Positions 25,401-36,289 of a DNA stretch of 64,000 nucleotides are shown here, piece after piece (within the stretch, counting starts at the first letter, position 1; every line of letters begins with the position of its first letter). Under the pieces are notes generated by a model. That model was not told where the DNA came from, did not search any database, and saw only the letters and a list, made by a program, of their open reading frames with translations. The position numbers and the translations under genes are program-made. Source of the DNA: Nymphaea colorata (lineage: Eukaryota); NCBI RefSeq assembly GCF_008831285.2, contig NC_045138.2:37634001-37698000 (forward strand), read 5' to 3'.

Positions 25401-28064
25401 CAAATTTAATTGGCCATGTTCTTCTCCTAATGTCCCATTATTTTTTCCAACTTGTTCAGTCAGAGATGAGAGAGTGATGACTGGTACAAGTAGTACCATT
25501 CTCCTTGCACTTATATGTCTGTCTCTGTCTTGGCACTCCAGGGATTCAATGCCACATTAACATCTCTAGTGGACAGTCCAGGACGAAGAGGCGCTGATCA
25601 GATTAAAGAGATGGAGCTTACATTGCATCCAGATTTGAAAGTGCCTCTTACGATTCTTTGTTCTGATCCAAGGACAACAATGGTTGTGCTAAGTGGAAGT
25701 GATAGGAACATACTAGATTTGGTACTTTCTTGCATTATTATTATCTAGATATAATTAAGATTCTCGCTGGTCTTGTATTGATAATTGATTCTTCAGAACT
25801 TTGGGGACTATCACATGTGGCTAGCTGCTGAAAATGGAATGTTCTTACGACTTACTCAAGGAGAATGGATGACCACAATGCCCGAGCACCTAAATATGGA
25901 CTGGGTAGAGAGTGTGCAGGTGCAGCAAGATATACTTTTAGCATGTTGCAGTTTGACAAGTCATATCTGTGCTTTGTAGTATGGTATTTTTCTTTATTGA
26001 TATCATGTTTTTTCTTCTTGATCTGTGTACAGGATGTTTTTGAATATTTCACAGAAAGAACACCTAGGTCCTACGTTGAAGTTCGGGAAACTTCTTTAGT
26101 GTGGAATTACAAGTATGCTGGTGGGTTTGGAAGTGATTGCTCTTCAATTGTGTTTTCTATGCATGAATTTGTGTCAATACCCCTTTGTTCTTTTTCCTTT
26201 TAGATGTTGAATTTGGAAGGCTTCAAGCAAGGGATATGTTGCAGCATCTATGGACTGGTCCAATTTCAAATGCAGCTGTAGATGTTGTTCAAGGCAGCCG
26301 ATCAGTTGAGGTCCGCTCTGTTGGTGTTTCAAAGGTGTGAAAAACATGCATTTATATTTGTACAACGTGGTTCTGTTTTGCTTTACTGAGTCTGATCTTT
26401 TAATTAGATCTAAATCAAAATAGTTTAACGTAAACCATATTTTTGGTACATGGTTGGCTTTCTGGTCAGTTCTCTTCTTGTAAATATAGGTGCTTCCACA
26501 GTGTTAAGACGTTGAACCTTGGTATAAGACACGGTGCTGTTAATGTGCACTCATGCACTTTGGCATGCCATTTGACATCAAATTTATACTTGCAAATGGA
26601 CCATTGTTTGGTGCTTTTGAAGAATGTTATCATTATTTTTGTTAATGATCTTTGGTTTAGAGAACTGACCACTTCTTTCTCCCACTTGATTTTATATCTC
26701 AAACGATTCAAGGAAGAGCGATTTTGGGTCCTATATTATGTCAGCTCTTACTTGTTCATTTGTTCTTTGGATAGGACAAACAGGTGAGGGTCTTGATGTG
26801 ATTCCTATAAAATGAATTATATAATAAACATGCCATTTTTATCCATTTATGTACCTAGTCCCCTGGGTTTTATCTGTTAAAGATATGCATCTCTATTTTA
26901 TGAAGGAATTGGTATTAAAATCATGACTAAATGTCCTCAATGCCATGAGTCTCCTAGGTTGTATTTTTGGCAATTCATAGTTGGACCAAAATGTGAAAGT
27001 AATTGACTCTTTTTATATGTAGCCTATACAACTACTAAAGAAAGGTTGTTCATTCAAGCAACGATACTGTTAGTTTCTTCTTCATAGTCTGCTATTCTTT
27101 TTTCTGTCTTGTACTGACAATTTTATTCTTTTCAGGGTGCAGCAATTGACCGAATCTTGGGAGAAATAGTTCATAGCAAATCTTTGGCAACGCCAATTGA
27201 TTATGTTCTGTGCATTGGCCACTTTCTGGGGAAGGTAATGCCCTGTGATGTGCGTTGTGAATGCCTTTGCAAGAAAATGATTTTTTTGGGTTGTTCACTA
27301 ATATTCCTGCACATTTCAAGTCCATTAGATAACAACAGAATCAACATATGCTGCATTGCTGATGCTTCAATTTTATCGGGTCTTTGATGCTTTAGTTTGC
27401 AGTTGAATGGTTCAAAATTTCCTGCTTGCCCTGTTGTGTCTTCAGACACAGATGACTGGCTTTTCTCAGGATAATTATATAAACTGAATAGATAAATCAA
27501 ACGTCATATTTTTCCATTTGTATGTTCCGTTCTCTTTTGTTGGTGAATGAGTATCCACTAACTAACTTTCAGGATGAGGACATCTACACTTTCTTTGAGC
27601 CAGAGTTGCCATGTGATGCACCCGGAACAACACGAGGAAAGGTGACTGAGTCTGTCAAGACATTGCCAGAGAAGCGGTCAATGCAAAAAACTCCTGGCAA
27701 AAGTGGTGGAAAGCCAATGCATGGTCGCACAAACAAGTTGTCTTCCTTTTCCGAAAAAAGAACATCAGGTAGCAATAGTGGAAGCTGCAGAGGAGGGCAT
27801 GAAACTGCTGCTTGGCGTGAAGGTTCATCTGTGCTTGACCTGAAGGGTGAGAACTACTTCTCTTGTGCAGTAGGACGGAAGCGCTCTGCTGCACGTTACC
27901 TGCTCAGTTCATCAGAGGAAGTTGTGTCCTTCCTGAAGGAAATGGCAGGAGCATGCGAAGTTGGTGAAGGGCAGTGTGCATATTTCTCAAGGTTTGTCAT
28001 CCTTTCTCCTATTAGCATGTCCTCTGATGATCTTACCTTGGATATAGTTGAGGCAGGTCTTTAA
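11759..28064 (+). CDS. TPS1: Class I alpha,alpha-trehalose-phosphate synthase (GT20 domain plus inactive TPP-like domain), ~943 aa
   Basis: 17 GT-AG-bounded exons join in frame: 11759-12077, 12436-12533, 12712-13100, 14886-15000, 15263-15364, 15454-15604, 17401-17489, 19084-19132, 19773-19873, 21063-21250, 22380-22497, 25542-25721, 25797-25919, 26033-26120, 26204-26334, 27136-27234, 27573-28064 (2832 nt). Motifs include the class I N-terminal extension MPGSKYN..ERLLRER, RLLVVANRLP, WCHDYHL, FLHTPFPSSE, GVDRLDMIKG, DGMNLVSYE and LSEFAGAA. GFNATL replaces the HAD DxDGT motif. Confidence 0.96.
13605..14130. repeat. Recent ~261-bp tandem duplication in TPS1 intron 3
   Basis: Copy A is 13605-13865 and copy B 13866-14127. 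I counted about 6 differences, including a 1-nt indel. There is CAG microhomology at the junctions. Confidence 0.95.
16522..16945. mobile_element. hAT-superfamily MITE in TPS1 intron 6
   Basis: TIRs are CTATGTCACATGG and CCGTGTGACTTAG. A perfect 8-bp TSD GTGGTGGT flanks the element at 16514-16521 and 16946-16953. GGTGCGG/CACCCGC subterminal motifs are present. Confidence 0.85.
17633..18310. repeat. Two diverged tandem copies (~330-350 bp) of an A-rich/T-rich foldback MITE-like unit in TPS1 intron 7
   Basis: The blocks GTCAGCYGAAAAA, AAAAAAACATGTTTT, CCAGATTTTTATTTTCACA, CATATTATACCYGAGAAAAA and ATATTTRTGATAATGCTA each occur twice in the same order. Confidence 0.75.
19343..19490. repeat. Duplicated compound microsatellite [(TA)n-CTATA-(CA)n-AACATCTTTT] x2
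   Basis: Directly visible in the sequence. Confidence 0.9.
21462..21578. repeat. 59-bp tandem repeat x2 in TPS1 intron 10
   Basis: AAATCCATGTTTAGGCAAGTA...AAATTAAACTAGWAATAAACAAGAG starts at 21462 and again at 21521. Confidence 0.9.
23254..24161. mobile_element. Non-autonomous foldback/Mutator-like element with GC-rich palindromic interior (TPS1 intron 11)
   Basis: Degenerate ~45-bp TIRs (AATGA..TAA..ACATCAAA..AT vs its complement at 24118-24161) are followed inward by T-rich and A-rich arms. The very GC-rich core has inverted and direct sub-repeats, e.g. AATCCCCTCC..TTCCTCCTCA at ~23623 and ~23905. The overlapping ORFs are low-complexity. Confidence 0.6.
24886..25135. mobile_element. hAT-like MITE in TPS1 intron 11
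   Basis: TIR-like ends are CTTAGCACTCAAAAG and CTTTTGTCTACTAAA. The flanks ATGTTACT and ATGTTCTT (6/8) look like a degraded 8-bp TSD. The same right end, CTTTTGTCTACTAAG, occurs at 20577-20591 in intron 9. Confidence 0.55.
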
Positions 28065-31000
28065 TGCTAGAAAGTGGATGTCGTTTTAGTCTTCATTCAA
28101 TGCCCCTGTAGATGCACATGAATCTTCTGTTGGTTCAAAATGTCAATCATATATTGCTTGCCATGTTTTTCTTTTTCCTATGTCCATATAGTTGGGGATT
28201 GATAGTTAGGCAGATGGCGATAGTCTTGGAATGGTGCCCAAGGATATTGCTGATGGTAATTACTCGAATTTGGCTTGTAATAAAAATTTTAAAGGTAGTT
28301 GCATAAAAGAACACCCAACTTTCTTGAAGCAATGGGTTTATATGAGTATGGGCTGAGTTGACTGGATGGTTTTGTTCTGGTAGGTAGTGGTGTGGCATGA
28401 GTTCTCTGTGGTCGCATATTCATCCTTTGCACTGGACTGCCATAGGTTATTGGGCGGAAGAAGGGCCCGGGACTATGGAAATGCCTTTATTTGAAGAGCA
28501 AGACATCTGGTGGTCCCTCAACCTGAGTGCCTATAGGGGCTGGTCTACCACATTAAGTGATGCTAGCGATGTGATCCTGTTATTGCAGTAGGTGATTTGA
28601 GATATCTCAAGAGAGCTCCTTGTGGAGATGTGCTTTGTTTTGCATGTGTATTGTATCTGCAGGGTTTTCTGTTGGTGTTTGTCACAATGACCATAATCAA
28701 TAGTCAATAGACTATCAGCATGGCTTTGTAAACCATGAGGGTTTTGCATCTATTTCTTCTGTTGAAGTTATGATTCCAGTGTGTGGCATAAGTCATACGA
28801 CTTATGGTGGTACCCATGAGGTTTAGTCTTCATTTTAATAACTTGTTCGTATATTTATTTTGTTGAACCATGTGCCATCTGAGTTTGAATATTTTCGATC
28901 CTCAAAGGGATCTGAGCCTCTTTCCTTTGTTTCTACAGGTAACTCTTGATATGTTGGGGGCTCTAATCTGACTTCCTCGGTGTTGCAATGGGCTAACATT
29001 GGCAAGCTAGGCATTGGTTTAGTCATGTGTCTTGTAGAAGTTTGTTAGTTGAGTCTTAAGTATTTCTATATGGGCTCTGAAGGAGTCACTTAAAACGCTG
29101 AGCTTTTCGTTTATTTTGCACTTTTATCATTACTCAAGGTATGGTTTGGCTTTAAAGTCTTAATGTCTATTTCTGCTGTCCTGAACAAGAAAAGGTCAAA
29201 AGTTGGGTCACGACATAGTAACTGCCTTTCTTCGACGTCTGCATAAGCGCATGGCTACCATATCTACATCCAGTGGATGAAAAGATTAGCACAGGAGACA
29301 GGGTCTCTCTCCCCCACTCTGACACAAGTACAGGCATTCGCATGTCAGCATTCTAATGTTCCACCAAAAATGTTTTCCTACCGTGATTAATTTCTTGGAA
29401 ACACGCGTAACATCTCGAACCCGCTTTTGCCAATTTCTCTGGCCCCTGGAGCCCTAAACTTTTTCTTTTTTTTTTGTTTTAAGTGGCGTCTATGCGGCCT
29501 TCAAAAAGTAAATTAAATCAAGTAAAGAATGAAGATGTGTAATGGCCTGTAACATGTCTGGTGCGATCTGATAGAATGTCCGGTGGTGGGCGATACATTG
29601 TGTCGGCTGGACAAGGTGCGACTGCGTGGGTAAAACTGTTCATGACCACTCTAACCGAAAGTAATATTTTTTATTAACCGAAGATTGTCTTTTGACTCTA
29701 TCTGATCAGGTCACCCACCGACTGATCTAATCTGCTCAACCTTGTCGGCGGCCATCGCCAGAGAGGTCAGGCAAAGATTTAAGGAAATCTTCTAACACTG
29801 CCTTTTGTTCATCTCACATCGAGTTCAAGTCATAGATGTCACTTGGTCCTGTAGGTCAGTGTAAAGTCCACTTGAAGCCTACTTGACTTGATGCGCACGC
29901 CGTCAGTACTTGGTTCGTCTTCATCCCCGGCGCTTTATAGTTGCCGAAAAATATCAGATTAAAACTCCCAAAAGAAAGGCTTTCGGATTCCATATAAAAA
30001 CAGATTTGAACTTGCAAAAACAGGACCTCCATTCTCTATTTGTCTACAGATGGCATTAACGCACCCTCGCTCTTCAGCAGTCATGCATGACCTTAGGTGA
30101 AGGTTTCATCAAATTTCGGTGAATATTTTTATCTATCTCTTATATATTTCGCTCCTCCTCTCTTCTGGTTGAATATTTGATATTTGTCGACTAGAATCAC
30201 AAATTGATTGGTAGTTATTCTTGCTGGTTCTCGTTACACACTTTTCGGTTATCTATACTATATTAGGCATCTAAATTTGATATTATGTTTTTTGAAATTT
30301 ATTTTAAAGAACAAGACTTGTCGATTTGATTTCATCTGTTATTGGGCACCTATTTATAAGTTTTTACATGTTAAACTCTTTTATTTCTTATTTTACAAGT
30401 TTTATGAATTGAGAGTCAACTGTCAAGATTTTCTTTCTTTTGTACAAACACTACAGCTAACAAACAAACAAAAAAATTGAACCTTTGGCTCTTGAATTTT
30501 CATAAAATCCTATTGTGCTGTGAAAAAGTATGTTTTTTTGTTTTTGTTTTTAGTTTTCAAAGTTGGAGACTATATCTCTATAAATGGTTTCAATTTACAG
30601 AAAAATATACATAAGTAGATTTTCATATAATATAGTTTTCCAAATCATTTTTTTATATTTTTAATGATATTATATATTTTAAAATTTTGAACCTTATGCA
30701 TAAAACATCGTTATCACCATATTACGCATCGTGTCGCTTCATAGGCTCAATGCATCGTTTCACATTAACACACTTAACAACATTGCAGTTAAGTCTCACT
30801 CAATTGGCTAACTGACTTTCTAAATTGCCCGAAGACCAAAGAAAAAATTGAGGACGTGCCAAGTTCGGGCAGCCCGTGTACTTCGTATGTTGACCCTCTA
30901 ATTGTCTCTGGTTTCAATTTATTCAACGGTAGAAATGTCCAGCCGCTGGTTTTTAAGACGAAAACGCTTCTTTTTCTTGTTTTTTTTAAGATATTCTATT

Positions 31001-33656
31001 TTTCATCAAAGTAATTGACTTTTTTTTTGTTAACAACACATTAAATTTGCACGTCTCTTCATTAAGAGTTAAAGACACAATTAAAGGACTGATGCAATCA
31101 TTTTTCATAAAATCTGAAAAAAAGAAGAATATCATTTTGCAAAACGAAAATGCATATGTTTTGTTGAAAAAGTATGATTTAAAAGCCGGGTTATGCAAAA
31201 TTTAGCACTGTTTGTCCAAGCGTTTATTCCAATTTGCTTGAAAGATACACCAAAGCTTAAAAATACGTGTGCATCACTTAATAGGATACAAGGATTATGG
31301 TGGGCATGTGCTATACCTGAGACACTTGCTTTTAGAATGGGTTCTTCATCCTTGCTCTCTTTAAGATCACTGCAATTTGAAACTAACGGGGTATGTTCCC
31401 CATGTACGTTGAGTTCATAATGCTGTGTCCAATATGGATCGGCCTTTACATCATTTTCCTTCTAGAGAGAACAAAATCCTCAAGAAGTGGGATTCCACTT
31501 TACTGCTCACAAAGCAAAGGCGTGGACTTTGATTAGTTGAACTTTCTAATCAGTAAAACTGAGATGAGGCAGGACCATTGAAGATGATGACTAAAAGTTT
31601 ATAAGGTTGAAACAAGATGCGCGCGTGACTGCCCTTCATTTTCTCCTTTTTCTCTCACCAAAGAAGCATGTCTGCGTTTCTCGAGGCCAAAGAGTTAAAA
31701 AGCAGTAAGCTGATAAGCATCTGCTGTCTCATTCATTCCCTTCAAAGTGAGCTTCCTGCAAACACTTTCATGTCCTAATTCTGCCACTCGTTTATGCATC
31801 AACACGTCTGCCTTTCGTGGTAGTATGATATACCAATGAGAATCGATCTGTAGTGTAATACTTGAACTACAGGGGTACATACTTGAACTATTTCAAATGG
31901 CAAGTCAGATCTGTAACTCAAGCAAAATTTTGCCTTTCCGAAAGTTTTGGATCTGACTTAAGATGAGGCCCACCTTAAATCCATGATCGTAGCGTTGTGC
32001 TTCAAATCTCTGGATTTCACGTCAAATGGAGGAGCAGTTTAACTTCAGATTCATGTATTATAAGATGCCAATTGAGTTTAGAAATCCTGTGATCTTTATA
32101 TCTTTCTAACAAAAGATTCACAATTCACATCCTTCTTGAAAATAAGGAATATTCAGATTTCAGCTCAGATCAAGTGACCAAGCGCCCTGTATATGGGCAA
32201 GTGGATTGAACCGAGAGGCACTGCCCTTCTAAAGGGACGTCCATAAAGTTCCTTCCACGCCGTGGATTCGTGGTCCAAGTGTTAATATACCTCGCCCTAC
32301 TACACGACATGGCCTTGGATGCCCTTCCCATAAAAAGCTGACAAAAGGGGCTCCATTTTGCACCCGGAAAAGTTCCTAAAAGTTAGCAACCTCTCACAGC
32401 TGACCCATGCTGATGCACCTTCATTTTTCGTCATCTTCGTCATCACTATTGCATGATTAGACTTTCTTCTGGATACATGGTGAGCCTTTAACATCAAGAA
32501 AAAGCATGAGGTGCCACCAGAAGAGGAGACTGATATACTTTGTTGGGTGCTCCCCTGTGGTTTACATGAGCTACCGTCTTTTCTGGTTTCTGCGTTTTAG
32601 CCAAGAGGCATGCTGTTGTCCAGTGAAACAGATCAGATGATCTGTTCACGGAATGAGTCTGAGGAGCTTACGAGTTATTTTTTTTATTTAATTTTGGGTA
32701 GGCATGCAATCTTATGTATCAACAAATATGAAAAGTTACAATGTCCACTGAGACCTGTTTGATCGAATATATGCTGATCGGTACATGATACTACGTTAAA
32801 AATTAAGCACTATTTTGCAGGAGTCAACATTTGCGCCATCCTATGTGTGAGCTTTTGAATTTGAGCAATAGAAACATCTAACATGGTTTATAGGTGTCAT
32901 CCATGGCATCATCTTTTTGGATCCCCGAGTTCTCTAAAAAGGGAAAAAGCAAAAGAGAAGAAAACAAGGACGACGCCTCCTGGTTGCTTGAGTTTCTCGC
33001 ATAAGCACTGGAATTCATGTGGACCAGAAGATAAGGTGAATGCGACTCAGCCTTATAGCCGAAGCATATCCAACATTTAGGCCAAAGCCTACACTGCAAG
33101 CAAACAAAAGTAGTCTATGTTCCTCTTAGCGATTGTCGATCTGAAATGTTAACCAAGAGAACAATCCATGGATCTCAGTGTCAATGGAAATGGATTGTTC
33201 ATATCATATGTAGACGACTGGGCAGTCGTTCAAAACGGCGGTCGAGCTTATTTTATGCCGCATTTTCAGGATATGACAGATGCAGCGAAAATGTTGTGCA
33301 TCTTTTCTACGACCTATAAGTACGTTCCAACTTGGGAAAAAGAAAAATAATGCCACACTTCAATATTTAAAAATTATTATTTTTTTCCTTTCGAAGACAA
33401 ACTGCCATTTCTGTGTCTTCTAATAAATTTGTTAATTAACCGAAGTTAAAGTTTTCGTATAATCCATCAAGGAGGAATAATTTGTAGCGTAACTTGAAGT
33501 CTAATTCAAACAAAGAAGATCAAAATTTCAAACTTTTCTGCATTCGTTTTGTTGAAGTCAATCATCAGAAGATAGATCTGACCTAACGAATGCAGTGGGC
33601 AATGGACATTGATTTAGTCGTAATCAGGGGTACTATTATGCAGACAATCCAAATCC

Positions 33657-33658
<2 letters not shown>

Positions 33659-33720
<62 letters not shown>
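33659..33720. repeat. (CA)n(TA)n compound microsatellite
   Basis: Directly visible in the sequence. Confidence 0.95.
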
Positions 33721-34283
33721 ACCACAAAGTTGTATTATTGGAATGATCAAACTGTAAAATTGAATAGGCAGAACGTGATTTACTTGATACAAATGATGTA
33801 TTCAGATCATGGACTTCGGAAATAAAAATATAAATTTTCAAGCCTTAAACATTAGGGCATTGTACGCCATTGTCTTTCAAAATTTTAACAGTGACTTATT
33901 TGATTTAAAACCTGTATGTTATTGAAAAAATTAATTGAAAAAAAAAACATGCCTGTCGTTTCTGGGAAACATTTTGTAAGTGGATGTAGGCGGAGGACCC
34001 TATGGCGATTGCATAGTGCAGCGATTGAGTGTCTTCTTCTCCCCATTTAGCTCCTGGACATACTTACAAGGTGCAGTCATCATTTTCTTCAGTGTCATGC
34101 ACATGGTATCTCACATTTCTTATTTACTTTGATCAGGACACCAGGATTTGATTCACAAGATTTCCGTATGAGACGGATGGTTTCATATCCCTGAATCCTC
34201 CGCCTGCCATTTGTAGTCACAGATTCATATCTTTAGAGCCGATTTTCGTCTGAGCGTTCACAAATTAAAACTCCAAAAAATAA

Positions 34284-34760
34284 TTGGGTGCACATTCTTG
34301 TTGTCTGTTATGCCTTGATCTTTTGCTAATGGGCCCAAGAATCATGAGTAGTTGCAAGAGTTTAGCAATCACAGGATGTACAAGAAAGCTTGCCAACAGT
34401 CACATTGGGGAGTCCGTAGTGCCTTTACGACATCTACTGGTGCCCAAGATAGGAAGGTTCTCCGAGAAAATTGCTAATTGGAGATTCTCCATCTCCACAG
34501 AGCAGCCGCAGTCACTACTGTCATGAATTTTAAAAGGAATCTGCATCCAACGATGGGTCTTAGAACAAGCCGCATTTGGTGCGTCTGCATGGGATTGGAC
34601 TGGTTCGATCTGCAATATACAAATGCATCATTCTCGGTTCAGCACCCATTTAGCCTGCCATACCTATTCACATCTTTTCCAGGCGAGCCAGGAGAACTTG
34701 ATCTCAGTGGGTGAAAGTCTAAGCTCTCTCCTTTTCCTTGCCTCCAAAATCATCTTCAAT
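34284..34760 (+). pseudogene. Degenerate leucine-rich-repeat fragment, NLR-like
   Basis: Frameshifted translations give LRR-like strings: LAITGCTRKL..HIG...PLRHLLVPKIGRFSEKIAN, LEILHLHR, SLPYLFTSF...ELDLSG and GESLSSLLFLAS. There is no NB-ARC domain, and the fragment has several stops and frameshifts. Confidence 0.4.
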
Positions 34761-36231
34761 TCGATACCCCTGTCCTTAATTTATAGTATGAAGTTTTCAA
34801 ATAAAAGGATCTTTTAACTCCAAAAGCATAGTTGGCTGGAATTGGCTTGGAAAGTGCTTGAGTAAGCTCAGGTCGCTACAAAACTTGGCGACAAGTTTTA
34901 AAAATCGACCAAATCAATGAGTCATCTCACTGACTCGATGACCCGGCCATGAGCCGATCAATTCATGGATTTACCAACTCTGCCCAAAAGGCTGCATTTA
35001 AATGAGTGTTGAATGCAAGAGTCTTTTGGTTGCTTCCAAACACAGCATGAGAACTTGGCGATACAGGTTACGGGATTCGAAGATAACAAAAAATTTGGAC
35101 ATTATTTAAATTTCTCTGTTTTGTATTCGTGAACTGGGGAGACCAAACCCAACGTATAAGTGTGGAAATTCTGATACGAGAACTTTTCATTCAATAGAAA
35201 GGCTGCATTCTTTTAATTCTTTAGACTTCCAAACAATTGGAACAACATGGTTTTTGGTAATCCAGAACATGGTTTGTTTATGAAATTCAATACCCAGGCT
35301 TTTGTTATAGTGAATTTGTACAATGTTATACTTAGTTACGGTTAGGCAAAGAATTGGATTTTTGGATCCTAAATACATTTTCCTTCTCGCATCCAAACAA
35401 ACGTGTTTGGGACAAAATAAGCAGCACATGCACGGCTCTTTAATTCATTTGTTCATTCTTTCAAGCTATTGATAATAAGCTGAGGACAGGAATAGACGCT
35501 AACAGATTACCCGTAGTCAAGATGTCCAAAGAAACCATTCTTAATTAGACTTTCTCCTAATTATGAGTCAACTTCAAAATGTGATCCATCACAACTTGGT
35601 CAAGAGATCAACGATAGCTAAGAATAATTTGTATAAGAAAAATAATAACATGCGTTGACACTGATAAAAACAATAATATTTCCCTCCCCTCTTGTTTTAG
35701 TTAAATCTTTAATGCTCAAAGAAGCCATTAGTAAACAAAGAATATTAGCCGCCACCGGCTTATTTGAGGGTGCCGAACAGAAACATGAATTTTCGAAACT
35801 TCCAAAGGGATAGATTTGATTAATCAACTCGGCTCGGCCTATTCCGCCCTTGAAGCAGTAAAAAAGTGCAAATGTTTTATATATATATAGAATAAAACGA
35901 AAAAAGATAAAAAATATTTAATAATAAAAAAATGTGCATGATGCATGGCACTACTAAATTGATTAATATAAGTTATTAACATGTCCAAGTGGAAGTCTTT
36001 TTTCTGCCTCTTGCCCCAAGATCTGTGCAGGTGGTGGAAATTCTCATGGGAGCATTATTTTCTCACGGGTTTTGAACTGGAGATGTGCCTCCAACGTGTA
36101 CCAAGCCATTTGAACTATGTCCCTTTGAGCCTAATATAGGCTATTCAAATCGGCAGATAAAACTTTTCTCTATAAAACTTTTTCGTTTCACAACTTTAGG
36201 GGAAGATTGGCGGTACCACCGATCAGATATC

Positions 36232-36238
36232 TATAAAG
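36232..36238 (+). promoter_or_regulatory. TATA box of the subtilase gene
   Basis: CTATAAAGAA lies 58 nt upstream of the ATG at 36290 and is followed by a pyrimidine-rich leader. Confidence 0.55.
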
Positions 36239-36289
36239 AAGGACGCTCTCCACCCATTTTCTTTCTTGTGCATCTTATCTTGCAGCATC

